A stretch of DNA of 64,000 bases, from positions 129-64,128 of the forward strand of contig DASVDI010000005.1 of the NCBI GenBank assembly GCA_036381175.1, given 5' to 3'. Position 1 is the first letter of the stretch; each line of letters starts with the position of its first letter. The stretch comes from Gammaproteobacteria bacterium. Its GTDB lineage: Bacteria; Pseudomonadota; Gammaproteobacteria; Natronospirales; JAJUFS01. The notes under the pieces are model-generated. The model saw nothing but the letters and a program-made list of their open reading frames with translations. It ran no database searches and was not told the origin of the DNA. Positions 8,723-18,873 of this stretch are shown here, piece by piece. Made by a program: the position numbers and the translations under genes.

Positions 8723-11560
8723 TCAAAACTCACCGCCGAGAACCGCGCTCCAGATCTCGATCACCCGGTTGCGGGCAACGCGGTGCGCGTCATCCGGAAC
8801 CCAGGCATCCTGCCCCTGCAGCGCCCGCAAGTGCGCAGCGTGGCGCAGTTCCCGATAGGCGTTCGCGAGTCCATCCAGATGGTCCACCGGCACGCGTGCG
8901 CAGGATTCGAGCCCTTCGATGAAGCGAATCGTATCCGTGAACTCGAGCAACTCGGGTGCTTCGTGCGCTTCGCGCAGCACCCAGAATTGCGCCAGGAACT
9001 CAATATCGGCAATGCCGCCGTGGCCAGCCTTGAGATCAAACAGGCCCTCCCTTTCACGATGTTCGCCGCGCATGCGTTCGCGCATTTCCCGCACCTCGGT
9101 GCGCAGGCGGTCGGCATCGCGCGGTTGCGACAAAACCTCGCGCCGCAGCGCATCGAACACGCGGCCAAGTTCCTCATCGCCGCCCACAGCGCGCGCGCGC
9201 AGCAGCGCCTGATGCTCCCAGGTCCAGGCTTCCTCGCGCTGGTACTTCCCGAAAGCTTCCATGGAACTCACAAGCAATCCCGCTTTCCCCGAGGGTCTGA
9301 GACGCGTATCGACATCGTAGAGCACGCCGGCGGTTGTCGGCGTCGAGAGAAGATGGATCAGCCGCTGGGTGAGGCGCAGGAAGAAAACGCTGTTGTCGAT
9401 GACGCGCTCACCCGTCGTCTGCTGCTGCTCGCCTTCGGAATCGTGCAGGAACACGAGATCGAGATCGGATCCGTAGCCCAGTTCCAGCCCGCCCAGCTTG
9501 CCGTAGGCGACGACAAGAAAACGCGCCTCGCGCAACTCGCCATTCACGCTGAAGCGCGGCTCGCCATGACGCTGAACCAGGTGCGCCTTTGCCGAGCGCA
9601 ACACCGCCTGGATCACGAGTTCGGCGACATCGGTCAGGCGATCGCTGACCTTCATCAGTGGCAGGCGGCCGCTGATGTCGGCCGCGGCGATCCGCATCAC
9701 GCTCACCTGCTGGAATTCGCGCAGCGCGTCCATCAAGGCTTCGAGATCGTTACTTGATGCACGCTGAAGCTGCTCGTCGAGATCCTCAACCAGCGTCGCG
9801 CGGCTCGGCACATCCTCGAACAGGCGTGGATCGATGAGTTCGTCCAGCAAGACCGGATGGCGCGCCACCAGTTGCGCGATCCAGTGGCTCGCCGCGCAGA
9901 TTCGCGCGAGCTGTTTCAGCGCGCGCGGATTTTCCATCAGAAGCGCGAGATACGTTGTCCGCCCGAGCACGGCCTCGATGAGTTTCAGCATGCGCTCGAG
10001 TGCAATGTCCGGGCCGGTTTCAGCCGACGCCGCCGCCAGCACGCGCGGCATGAGGCGATCCAGCCGCCGCAGGCCCTGCGCGCCGGGCGGCTGTCGCTCG
10101 ACGCGCTGTTTCAGATCCTGCAACAACGCCGCGACGTTTTCCGGTTCCCTGAATCCCGCCGCAGCGAGCAACGCGATGGCATCCTCGGGATCGTTCCAGG
10201 CTGCCGCGAGTGGATCGGCGGCGGGCCTGGGCTCGGGACCGAGAAACGCCTTGTCGAACAGGCGCCGCACCGCCTGGCGGTGATGCTCCCAAACCTGGGT
10301 GAATGCGGCGTCGCTTTCGAAACCGAGGCTGAATGCGAGCCGGTCGCGTTCGGAACCTGCGCCAGGCACGGCATGGACTTGCCGATCGGCGGCCTGCTGC
10401 AGGCGGTTCTCAAGCCGGCGCAGGAATTGGTATGCCGATTCGAGCGACTTGCCGTCTTCCTCGTCCAGGCAGTCGAGTTTGATGGCTGCCGCCAAAGCCG
10501 CGGAGAAATTTCGCTGCCGCAACAACGGCTCGCGACCGCCGCGAATGAGCTGGAACAACTGCACCACGAATTCCGCTTCGCGAATGCCGCCGGGTCCGAG
10601 CTTCACGTCGTCGCGCAACTCGCGCCGCCGCACTTCACGGTTGATGGACGTTTTCATGTCGCGCAACGATTCGAACACGCCGAAATCGAGATATCGCCGG
10701 TACACGAACGGTTGCAGGCGGCGCAGCAGCGCCTCACCGGTATCGAGATCGCCCGCCACCGGCCGCGCCTTCACGAACGCGTAACGCTCCCATTCGCGGC
10801 CATGCTGCTCGTAGTAGGACTCCGTCCCGTTCAGCGTCATCGCCAGCGGTCCGCTGTCGCCGAACGGCCGCAGCCGCATGTCGACGCGATACACGAAACC
10901 GTCCGCGGTCGCCTCGTCCAGCACGCGGATCAGCTTTCGGCCAAAGCGACTGAAATATTCTTCGTTCGACAAGGGTCGTGCGCCATCGCTTTCACCACCG
11001 AGTTCGGGGAACGCGAAAATGAGATCGACATCGGAAGAGAAATTCAGCTCGCGCCCGCCGAGCTTGCCCATGCCGAGCACGACGAGTTGCTGCGCGCGAC
11101 CATCGCCATCGCGCGCCTCGCCGTGCGCCTCGCGATGCCATGCGTGCAAGCGAACGAGCGCTGCATTGATGCAGGCATCGGCAACCGCGCTGAGCATCGC
11201 AAGCGTCTCCGCGCCATCCGCCCAGCCCGCGATGTCGCGCCAGGCAATGCGCGCTGCGAGCGCGCAGCGCTCCTCGCGCAACACGCGCATGAGTTCTGTC
11301 TCGTTACCAACCGCGGCAACCGCATCATCTATCTGCGTTGTCAGTGCCGGCGGCGAGCGATATTCGTGCAATCCGCGCAGCCAGTCGCCCTCCAGCAACC
11401 CCGGTTGCCGCCGCAACACGTCCACGATGAAGCCACTCCACGCGAAGACACGCGGCAATGACTCGCGCACCGTCTCCGGCAACACGCCATCGAACGCGAG
11501 CGAGCGCCAGCGCTGCTCGGCGAGCGATCTCATCGGTTCGGGAAGTACGGAAAAATTCAT
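8723..11560 (-). CDS. glnE: Bifunctional glutamine synthetase adenylyltransferase / adenylyl-removing enzyme
   Basis: About 945 aa with two nucleotidyltransferase repeats: VVLGMGKLGGRELNFSSDVDLIF and VVAYGKLGGLELGYGSDLDLVFLH. Confidence 0.93.
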   Translation of the reverse strand: MNFSVLPEPMRSLAEQRWRSLAFDGVLPETVRESLPRVFAWSGFIVDVLRRQPGLLEGDWLRGLHEYRSPPALTTQIDDAVAAVGNETELMRVLREERCALAARIAWRDIAGWADGAETLAMLSAVADACINAALVRLHAWHREAHGEARDGDGRAQQLVVLGMGKLGGRELNFSSDVDLIFAFPELGGESDGARPLSNEEYFSRFGRKLIRVLDEATADGFVYRVDMRLRPFGDSGPLAMTLNGTESYYEQHGREWERYAFVKARPVAGDLDTGEALLRRLQPFVYRRYLDFGVFESLRDMKTSINREVRRRELRDDVKLGPGGIREAEFVVQLFQLIRGGREPLLRQRNFSAALAAAIKLDCLDEEDGKSLESAYQFLRRLENRLQQAADRQVHAVPGAGSERDRLAFSLGFESDAAFTQVWEHHRQAVRRLFDKAFLGPEPRPAADPLAAAWNDPEDAIALLAAAGFREPENVAALLQDLKQRVERQPPGAQGLRRLDRLMPRVLAAASAETGPDIALERMLKLIEAVLGRTTYLALLMENPRALKQLARICAASHWIAQLVARHPVLLDELIDPRLFEDVPSRATLVEDLDEQLQRASSNDLEALMDALREFQQVSVMRIAAADISGRLPLMKVSDRLTDVAELVIQAVLRSAKAHLVQRHGEPRFSVNGELREARFLVVAYGKLGGLELGYGSDLDLVFLHDSEGEQQQTTGERVIDNSVFFLRLTQRLIHLLSTPTTAGVLYDVDTRLRPSGKAGLLVSSMEAFGKYQREEAWTWEHQALLRARAVGGDEELGRVFDALRREVLSQPRDADRLRTEVREMRERMRGEHREREGLFDLKAGHGGIADIEFLAQFWVLREAHEAPELLEFTDTIRFIEGLESCARVPVDHLDGLANAYRELRHAAHLRALQGQDAWVPDDAHRVARNRVIEIWSAVLGGEF

Positions 11561-11632
11561 GCAATGCGTCGCAGGCAATTGATGCTGCAACATAACAAGG
11601 TGAAGCGCGGGAGGTAAGAGCTATCGAAGTGT

Positions 11633-11697
11633 TGTGGGAGCGGCTTCCAGCCGCGAATCCTTGAAACGTGTTTTCGCGGCTGGAAGCCGCTCCCACA
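11633..11697. repeat. Perfect 25-bp inverted repeat (REP-like palindrome; probable terminator/stabiliser between ybaN-like gene and glnE)
   Basis: TGTGGGAGCGGCTTCCAGCCGCGAA (11633-11657), a 15-nt loop, then TTCGCGGCTGGAAGCCGCTCCCACA (11673-11697). Read directly from the sequence. Confidence 0.8.
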
Positions 11698-11716
11698 AAC
11701 CTCCGATTAACATTTA

Positions 11717-12172
11717 TTACAACTTCCCGGATTTCTTCTTCACCGGCATCACAAGAAAATGCACGCTCGTCAGTACTGCGACGGCCAGCACGATCACCTT
11801 CAGCAACAGCGTCTTCGCCGCCACGGCAACCGTTACGATCGCGGTGATCCAGAGCGCGCCGAGCGCGAGCCATTTCGTGCGTGGAGAAATCCCGTCTTCC
11901 TGCCAGTCGCGCAAATACCTGCCGGCGAGCGGCAATCGGTACAGCCACTCCAGCATCGCCTCGGAACTGCGCGAAAAGCAGGCGACCGCGAGCAGGAGAA
12001 ACGGCGCAGTGGGAAGAATGGGCAGGATCACGCCCACCAGGCCAAGCAGCAGCGCCAACCAGCCCGCGAGGAGCAGCAACAGGCGGAACAGTCCGCGCGC
12101 CCTTCGGTGCCTGGGAAATTCGCGCGCCGAGTGGCGCGATGCCGGAATCTCAAGGGTCGTCATTTCTCTCAT
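11717..12172 (-). CDS. DUF454 (YbaN-like) inner-membrane protein
   Basis: LLLGLVGVILPILPTAPFLLLAVACFSRSS..WL is the DUF454 signature. The start is uncertain (ATG 12172 or 12163). Confidence 0.7.
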   Translation of the reverse strand: MREMTTLEIPASRHSAREFPRHRRARGLFRLLLLLAGWLALLLGLVGVILPILPTAPFLLLAVACFSRSSEAMLEWLYRLPLAGRYLRDWQEDGISPRTKWLALGALWITAIVTVAVAAKTLLLKVIVLAVAVLTSVHFLVMPVKKKSGKL

Positions 12173-12320
12173 GCCGCCATGACACGCCAATCTGGTGCCC
12201 AAACGCAAGCCGCGAAGCGTCAAACCTCGTTCGCGCGGAACTGCCGCCTCCGGTTGCGGTCCGACTCCCCGCGGTGTTGTAGAATGCCGCTTCCGAATTC
12301 AAGGCCCGCTGGAGTGACTG

Positions 12321-12941
12321 ATGCCGAATCCTGCACGATTTTTTGCCGTTGCCGCCCTGGCCGTTGCCATGGCGTTGCTTGCGAATACCCCCGCCCTTGC
12401 CGCGTCTTTCGAGGAAGGCAATCAGTACATCGTTGTCGCCGAAGAGCCTTCCGCCGAACCGAAGGTGATGGAGTTCTTTTCATACGGCTGCGGTGGCTGC
12501 TTCACGTTCGATTCCTGGTTCCAGCGGATGAAGGCGGAAGTCGGCGAGAACGTCGAAGTCCAGTACATCCCGGCGGATTTCGGCGGTGGTTTCTGGACAC
12601 CCGCGCAGGAGCTGTTCCTTGTGATGGAAGCGCTCGGCAAGCGCGAGCAGTTGCATGACGCGGTATTCCAGTTCATTCACGGCGAGCGCAATCCGATCAC
12701 GGAAGCGAGCGCGCGCCGTTTCATGGCCAATCACGGTGTCAGTGAAGAGGAGTACAACAAGGTGCGGAATTCCTTCGCGGTGCACGTGAAGGAAAAACGC
12801 TACGACCAGCTCCTGAAGCGTTATCGCATCGGCTCCACGCCGACGGTGATCGTGAACGGCAAGTACCAGGTGGACCACACGAAGCTGAGCGGTCCGGCGG
12901 AGTTCGTCGAACTGGTGAAATACCTGCTGACGAATCCCTGA
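12321..12941 (+). CDS. dsbA: Thiol:disulfide interchange protein DsbA
   Basis: Signal peptide, a FFSYGCGGCFTF (CXXC) active site, and GSTPTVIVNGKY (cis-Pro loop region). Confidence 0.88.
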   Translation: MPNPARFFAVAALAVAMALLANTPALAASFEEGNQYIVVAEEPSAEPKVMEFFSYGCGGCFTFDSWFQRMKAEVGENVEVQYIPADFGGGFWTPAQELFLVMEALGKREQLHDAVFQFIHGERNPITEASARRFMANHGVSEEEYNKVRNSFAVHVKEKRYDQLLKRYRIGSTPTVIVNGKYQVDHTKLSGPAEFVELVKYLLTNP

Positions 12942-12961
12942 TACGGTTTCCGACACGAACA

Positions 12962-12991
12962 AGCCGGCGCGATATCGCGCCGGCTTTTTTA
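12962..12991. terminator. Rho-independent terminator between convergent dsbA and the GNAT gene
   Basis: AGCCGGCGCGATATCGCGCCGGCT stem-loop followed by TTTTTTA. Confidence 0.75.
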
Positions 12992-13441
12992 TTGGGGCAA
13001 CGCGAGGAACCAGAAATCCGTGACGTCATTCCGGCGATAACCGAGACGGCGATACAGCGCCTGCGCGGCCGCGTTGGTTTTCTGTGTCTCAAGCATCACG
13101 CCGCTCGCACCCGTCTCGATAGCATGCGCGTGAGCCGCTTCCATCAACGCGGTCGCAGCGCCCGTGCGGCGCTGACCGGCTGCCACGTACAGATCGTTCA
13201 ATAGCCATAGCCGTTGCATTCCGACTGACGTGAACAGCGGATACAACTGCGTGAAACCTGCTGCGCCTTCCGGAACTTCGGCAATGAAAATCACCGATTC
13301 GTCATTCACAAGGCGCGCTTCGAGAAACGCCTGTGCGCCGGGAACATCCGAAGGCTGCGCGTAAAACTGGCGATAAGCGTCGAACAGGACGGCGAGCGCG
13401 TCGAGATCATCGACGCCCGCGCGACGGACATTCATGCTCAT
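12989..13441 (-). CDS. GNAT family N-acetyltransferase
   Basis: 150 aa. QRRTGAATALMEAAHAHA is the acetyl-CoA binding Q/RxxGxA motif, and YRRLGY lies near the C-terminus. Confidence 0.8.
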   Translation of the reverse strand: MSMNVRRAGVDDLDALAVLFDAYRQFYAQPSDVPGAQAFLEARLVNDESVIFIAEVPEGAAGFTQLYPLFTSVGMQRLWLLNDLYVAAGQRRTGAATALMEAAHAHAIETGASGVMLETQKTNAAAQALYRRLGYRRNDVTDFWFLALPQ

Positions 13442-14361
13442 TCCCGGATCTCCCGTTGCAATGTTTCTGGTGGCGCATCCAGCGCCGCGGCTTCCTCGCG
13501 CAGCCAGTCAAGAAACGGCGCGAGCTCGGGTGAAGATTCGCGGCCGGACTCGCAGACCATGTAAAAGGAAAGCTCCACGGGAATGTCGACCGTGAACGGC
13601 CGCACCAATCGGCCAGCGCGAAGATCGGCATGCACCAGCGGTGGGGAAGCGAGCGCAACGCCCTGCCCTTCGATCGCCGCCTGCAGAACAACATTCATAT
13701 CCTGCAACACGAGACCGCGCGGCACTTCGACGTTTTTCGCGCCGGCTGCGGCGAGCCACTGCGCCCAGTTGCCGAAACCCATGTCGTGGATGAGCGGGAA
13801 GTGCGCGAGATCATCGGGCTTTTTCAACGGCCAAGCGCCTGCGAGCAGCGATGGCGCACAGACCGGGAATTCACGCGGCGCGAACAGTCGCTCCGAGTAC
13901 ACGCCTTGCCAGCCACCGCGGCCGTAACGCAGCGCGAGATCAACGCCATCGCGGCGAAAATCCACCAGCGTGTGCGAGGTGCCAACGCGAATTTCGTAAT
14001 CCGGATGTCTCGCCTGGAATGCGGCGATCCGCGGCACCAGCCAGCGCGCCGCGAGCGACGGCACGGTGCTGACGGTAATCACGCCAGGCTGGCGAACATC
14101 ACGAAGTGAGCGCACGGCGTCGCGCAGGTCCTCGAACACTTTCCCGGCAGTGAACGCGAGCAGCCTGCCTTCGCTGGTGAGCTCAAGCCCACGCGGACGG
14201 CGGTGAAACAGGCGGCGGCCGAGAAAACCTTCGAGTTCCTTGATCTGGCGGCTGACGGCGCCGTGCGTCACATGCAGTTCGGCTGCGGCCCGCGTGAGGC
14301 TCAGATGCCTGGCCGCGGCGTCGAAAGCGCGCAATGCATTGAGGGGTGGAAGATCAGCCAT
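13438..14361 (-). CDS. LysR family transcriptional regulator (GcvA-like)
   Basis: The N-terminal HTH reads LNALRAFDAAARHLSLTRAAAELHVTHGAVSRQIKELE. It is followed by a LysR substrate-binding domain. The gene is divergent from an EamA transporter gene. Confidence 0.88.
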   Translation of the reverse strand: MADLPPLNALRAFDAAARHLSLTRAAAELHVTHGAVSRQIKELEGFLGRRLFHRRPRGLELTSEGRLLAFTAGKVFEDLRDAVRSLRDVRQPGVITVSTVPSLAARWLVPRIAAFQARHPDYEIRVGTSHTLVDFRRDGVDLALRYGRGGWQGVYSERLFAPREFPVCAPSLLAGAWPLKKPDDLAHFPLIHDMGFGNWAQWLAAAGAKNVEVPRGLVLQDMNVVLQAAIEGQGVALASPPLVHADLRAGRLVRPFTVDIPVELSFYMVCESGRESSPELAPFLDWLREEAAALDAPPETLQREIRE

Positions 14362-14476
14362 TGCTGTGAGTTTTTCTCATAAAAAAGGAAAGAATAAATC
14401 GATTGTCCGCCTTTGCCGGCCTCGTTCAGAATACCCGGCCTCAAATCTCCTCACAACGTCAGCTCGGGAAAAGACC

Positions 14477-15394
14477 GTGAACAATGCCGTTTCTTCCACC
14501 GTTGAAGCCGCAGCAATCGCCCGCACCGAACGCCTGAAACTGATCGCTGCGGCAGCCACGACGCTGGTGGCCTGGGCAGGCGCGTATGTCGCCATCGGCA
14601 TCGCCGCGCACGAGCTTTCTCCCGCGCCCTTCGCGCTCGCGCGCGTCGGCGGCGGCGCGCTGGCGTTGCTGCTCCTGCTGCCCTTCGTGCGCGGCGCGTC
14701 GTTGCGCCTGCCGCCGCGGCGCGATCTGTTGCCGCTGCTCGCCATGGCCATGTTCGCGTTTCCGATCTACCACGTCGCGCTCAACGCCGGGCAGCGCGTG
14801 GTCTCGCCGGGCGTGGCGAGCGTGCTGATTGCGACATTGCCGATCTTCGCCGCGATCATCGCGCGCGTGATGCTGAACGAGCGGCCGGGACTGCGTGGCT
14901 GGATCGGCATTGCAATCGCGTTCGGCGGCGTAACGCTGCTGGTGACTTTGCAGAACGGCAGCTTCGAGCTGGAACCGGCTGCGCTGCTGGTGCTGGTCTC
15001 CGCGCTGTCCGGTTCCGGCTACATGGTGCTGCAACGGCAACTCACGCGCCGCTACAGCGGCCTGCAACTCACCGTGTGGGGCATGTGGCTGGGCGCGCTG
15101 ATGCTCGTACCGTTCGCGCCGGAACTCGCGCGCGAGATCCAGATCGCCTCGAACGACACGCTGCTCGCGCTCGCCTATCTCTGCGTACTGCCGACCGCGC
15201 TCGCGTATTTGCTGTGGGCGTACGTGCTGAAAATGCTGCCGGCCGCCAAGGCCACATCGCTGCTGTACATCGTGCCGCCGATTGCATTCGGCCTCGCGTG
15301 GCTTGTCACCGGCGCCGTGCCCGGTGTGATGGATATTGTCGGCAGTGCGATCGTGCTTTGTGGCGTTGCGCTCGTACAAGGAACGAAAAGGTAA
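14477..15394 (+). CDS. EamA/DMT family transporter
   Basis: Ten predicted TM helices with a duplicated EamA pattern. I prefer the GTG at 14477 because the track start at 14240 overlaps the LysR gene. Confidence 0.75.
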   Translation: MNNAVSSTVEAAAIARTERLKLIAAAATTLVAWAGAYVAIGIAAHELSPAPFALARVGGGALALLLLLPFVRGASLRLPPRRDLLPLLAMAMFAFPIYHVALNAGQRVVSPGVASVLIATLPIFAAIIARVMLNERPGLRGWIGIAIAFGGVTLLVTLQNGSFELEPAALLVLVSALSGSGYMVLQRQLTRRYSGLQLTVWGMWLGALMLVPFAPELAREIQIASNDTLLALAYLCVLPTALAYLLWAYVLKMLPAAKATSLLYIVPPIAFGLAWLVTGAVPGVMDIVGSAIVLCGVALVQGTKR

Positions 15395-15439
15395 CTCTCA
15401 CCGGGCTGGAATATTCATCTCGCGTATAATTCGCCCCTC

Positions 15440-17344
15440 ATGAATCTGCTCTCCCTCGACGACCTGACCCTCGACATCGGCGACCAGCCGATCCTGCGCC
15501 ACGCCTCACTCACGCTTGAGCCGGCCGAGCGCGTCTGCCTGATCGGCCGCAACGGCGCCGGGAAATCGACACTGCTGCGCATCATCATGGGCGCGCAGCA
15601 AGTGGATGGCGGCGAGATTCGCTACAAGCAGAACCTTCGCATCAGCCAGCTTGAGCAGACATTGCCCGACATGCTCGAAATGAGCGTGCGCGAATACGTC
15701 ACGACAGGGCTTTCGCATCTGCAAGCATTGATCGAGGATTATGAAGCACACGCGAAAACGGAACTCGACGAGGCCGGTCTGCGTGAACTGGGAAAACTGC
15801 AGCGGCGCATCGAAGCGGAAGGCGGCTGGAGTCTCGACAAGCAAGTCGAACGCATTCTCACCGAGCTGAAACTCCCCGCCAATGCGCACCTTCACGAACT
15901 TTCCGGCGGCTGGCGGCGGCGCGTGGGTCTTGCGCGCGCGCTGGTTTCGAATCCGGAATTGCTGCTGCTTGACGAGCCCACCAACCATCTCGATCTCGCC
16001 AGCATCCAGTGGCTGGAAGACCGCATTCGCAACTATCCCGGTACCGTTTTGTTCATCACGCACGATCGCGCGTTCCTGCAACGGCTCACGACACGTATCG
16101 TCGAACTCGACCGCGCGAAGCTGACGAGCTGGCCAGGCGACTACAACAACTTTCTGCGCCGCAAGGAAGAGGCGCTGGATGCGGAAGCGCGCGACAAGCA
16201 GCTCTTCAACAAGAAACTCGACGAAGAAGAAGTGTGGATTCGCCAGGGCATCAAGGCGCGGCGCACGCGCAATGAAGGCCGCGTGCGCGCGCTCAAGGCA
16301 TTGCGCGAGGAAGCCGCCGAACGCGAACGATTCAAGCCGCAGCAGAAAGCGCGCATGAGCATCGAGACAGCGGACGCCTCCGGCCGCAAGGTCATCGAAC
16401 TGCACAACATTCGTCATGGTTACGGGAACGAAACGCTCATCGACGGTTTGTCGCTGAAAGTCATGCGCGGCGATCGCATCGGTCTTGTCGGCAACAACGG
16501 CGTTGGTAAAAGTACGTTGCTGAAAATCATGCTCGGTGAAATCCAGCCGGACAGCGGCACGGTGAAACTCGGCACGAATCTCGAAGTCGGCTACTTCGAC
16601 CAGTTGCGCAGAAATCTCGATCCGGACAAGACCGTCGCCGACATCGTCGGCAACGGCCGCGATTACATCCAGATGAACGGCAAGGATCGTCACGTCATCG
16701 GTTATTTGCGCGGATTTCTTTTTTCCGCGAAACGCGCCATGACGAAAATCGGTGCGCTCTCCGGTGGTGAATGCAATCGCGTGATTCTTGCGCGGTTGTT
16801 CACGCGCCCGACGAACCTGCTCGTGCTTGACGAGCCGACAAACGATCTCGACGTGGAAACGCTGGAAGTTCTCGAAGACCAGCTCGTCGATTACCAGGGC
16901 ACGTTGATCGTCGTCAGCCATGACCGCGCCTTTCTCGACAATGTCGTGACGCAGATTCTCGTGTTCGAGGAAGGCGGCGTGCAGCGTTACGTCGGCGGCT
17001 ATTCCGACTGGCAGAAACGCGGCAAGACGCTCACGGAAAAGGACGACCTGGCCGTTACGACCGAACACGACGAAACCCCAACGGAAAAGTCGCGCGCGGC
17101 GCCCGCAAAACTCAGCTACAAGTTCAAGCTCGAACTCGAACAACTCCCCGCGCGCATCGAGACGCTCGAAGAAAACATCAACGCGCTGCAGGCGCAGGCG
17201 AACGATCCGGATTTCTATTCGCGACCATTCGATGAAGTGCAACCGGTGCTGGATGATCTCGCCGCCCGGCAACAGGAACTTGAACGCGCTGTTGAACGCT
17301 GGGCGGAACTGGAACAGATGGAGGAACGTTCACGCGGCGCGTAA
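15440..17344 (+). CDS. uup: ABC-F family ATPase Uup
   Basis: Two ABC cassettes: GRNGAGKST..LSGGWRRRVGLARAL..LLLDEPTNHLD and GNNGVGKST..LSGGECNRV..LVLDEPTNDLD. A coiled-coil C-terminal domain follows. Confidence 0.9.
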   Translation: MNLLSLDDLTLDIGDQPILRHASLTLEPAERVCLIGRNGAGKSTLLRIIMGAQQVDGGEIRYKQNLRISQLEQTLPDMLEMSVREYVTTGLSHLQALIEDYEAHAKTELDEAGLRELGKLQRRIEAEGGWSLDKQVERILTELKLPANAHLHELSGGWRRRVGLARALVSNPELLLLDEPTNHLDLASIQWLEDRIRNYPGTVLFITHDRAFLQRLTTRIVELDRAKLTSWPGDYNNFLRRKEEALDAEARDKQLFNKKLDEEEVWIRQGIKARRTRNEGRVRALKALREEAAERERFKPQQKARMSIETADASGRKVIELHNIRHGYGNETLIDGLSLKVMRGDRIGLVGNNGVGKSTLLKIMLGEIQPDSGTVKLGTNLEVGYFDQLRRNLDPDKTVADIVGNGRDYIQMNGKDRHVIGYLRGFLFSAKRAMTKIGALSGGECNRVILARLFTRPTNLLVLDEPTNDLDVETLEVLEDQLVDYQGTLIVVSHDRAFLDNVVTQILVFEEGGVQRYVGGYSDWQKRGKTLTEKDDLAVTTEHDETPTEKSRAAPAKLSYKFKLELEQLPARIETLEENINALQAQANDPDFYSRPFDEVQPVLDDLAARQQELERAVERWAELEQMEERSRGA

Positions 17345-17465
17345 GCGTTCAACTACGTAGGTCATACCACTCATTCCCTGCGGACATCGCCCGCTTGTCC
17401 CGCCTGTCTACAGTCACAAGAATATCCTCCAATCCAATGCACTCATCGCGTTGACCGGAGGTCTC

Positions 17466-18068
17466 ATGCTTGCACGTCACTGCACGATCGTTGTCGCGAT
17501 CGCTGTCAACATCGCGTTGGTATTCGCGCCTACAACCACAAAGGCGGCCAGTTCTTACGACTGGGTGTCGGATCGCGAAATCGCTTCCTACTGCTCGACA
17601 TTCCTGGTGCGCCCCGAGACGCCTTCGGGCACGGTCTGCCTGTCTTACGTTCAGGGATTTCTCGACGGCCTGCGCACGACGGAAGTTCCCGCCCGCCACG
17701 AACTCGAATTTCACGTCGACGACGTAAAGACAAAGGACGCGATACACGAATCGGCGGTACGCATGGATGCACTGGTCGAGGAATTCGGCCCGGCGGCGCG
17801 CGCCGGAATCTGCCTGCCGGAAGGTTTCTCCGAGGAGGAGATTGTGCGCGTGGTCGCGCGCGAATTGCGCCATGGCAGCAGTTACACACGCGCGGCACTT
17901 GACGATTACGCACAGGCGGCGCTGCAGGAACGTTATCCCTGCGACATCAGCGATCCCGTGCAGCACGACAGCACGCCAGTCAACGAAGACGACAAGCCGC
18001 AGGAAGAACCGGAGGAAGAAAATGAAGAAGACAATGGCGACGATGTGCTGATCGAATCCGAATTGTAG
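17466..18068 (+). CDS. Exported Rap1a/Tai-like (T6SS amidase-immunity-like) domain protein with an acidic C-terminal tail
   Basis: GGAGG RBS before ATG 17466 and a signal peptide. VCLSYVQGFLDGL ... ICLPEGFSEEEIVRVVARELRH..AAL..YPC matches my memory of the Rap1a/Tai pattern. The tail reads DDKPQEEPEEENEEDNGDD. Confidence 0.45.
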   Translation: MLARHCTIVVAIAVNIALVFAPTTTKAASSYDWVSDREIASYCSTFLVRPETPSGTVCLSYVQGFLDGLRTTEVPARHELEFHVDDVKTKDAIHESAVRMDALVEEFGPAARAGICLPEGFSEEEIVRVVARELRHGSSYTRAALDDYAQAALQERYPCDISDPVQHDSTPVNEDDKPQEEPEEENEEDNGDDVLIESEL

Positions 18069-18194
18069 CGAGCGACAGAACGGCTGGGGTAATTCCTGTA
18101 TCCCCGATTGTTACAGCGCGTGCGAGTGTCGGATTTCGCGCGCGCACGCTACACTCGAACGCTGCCGCCGCAACTTTTTTCAAGGAGAAATCCG

Positions 18195-18767
18195 ATGCCG
18201 TCATTCAAGAAGCTCGCCTGGCTGCCCGCCGGCGTCATTGCCGTCGCACTCCTCGCGGCCTGCTCCGACCAGGAACAGGCTGAACAGGAAGCAAACGCCA
18301 TGGCCGAGCGCACCGAGGAATCCATCGAACAGGATCCCGCCATGCAAACGCAGCAGCAGGACATTCCCGCGCCGGAGAATGTCGCAGCACCACCAGGAGA
18401 AGCCGAAACAACCTCAACCGGTATTGCCTATGTCGTGCTCGAAGATGCGGAGGGCGACGTGCATCCCGCCGCAACAGACACGGTCATCGTGCATTACACC
18501 GGCTGGACGACGGACGGACGCATGTTCGACAGCTCCGTGAAACGCGGCGAGCCCGCGGCCTTCCCGCTGGATAAACTCATTCCGGGCTGGCAGCAGGCAA
18601 TCCCGCTGATGACAGTCGGCGACAAATACCGCTTCTGGATTCCTGGCGAGCTGGCCTACGACAATTCCACGCGGCCAGACGCGCCGAAGGGCATGCTGGT
18701 ATTCGACATCGAGTTGCTCGGCATCAAGCAGCCGAATGCGACCGACAGCGCCACCACAGGCAATTGA
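18195..18767 (+). CDS. FKBP-type peptidyl-prolyl cis-trans isomerase, lipoprotein
   Basis: AAGGAG RBS, a LLAAC lipobox, and VHYTGWTTDGRMFDSS..FPLDKLIPGWQQAIPLM..WIPGELAYD, the FKBP core. Confidence 0.88.
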   Translation: MPSFKKLAWLPAGVIAVALLAACSDQEQAEQEANAMAERTEESIEQDPAMQTQQQDIPAPENVAAPPGEAETTSTGIAYVVLEDAEGDVHPAATDTVIVHYTGWTTDGRMFDSSVKRGEPAAFPLDKLIPGWQQAIPLMTVGDKYRFWIPGELAYDNSTRPDAPKGMLVFDIELLGIKQPNATDSATTGN

Positions 18768-18873
18768 TCAGACGGCGCCAATTTCGGAAAAATCGTGAAT
18801 ACCGCCGCAGGGACGCGGCGCATGCGACACGCGCGCGCTAGAATGCGCCGATGCACAACACCTGTCATCTCCC

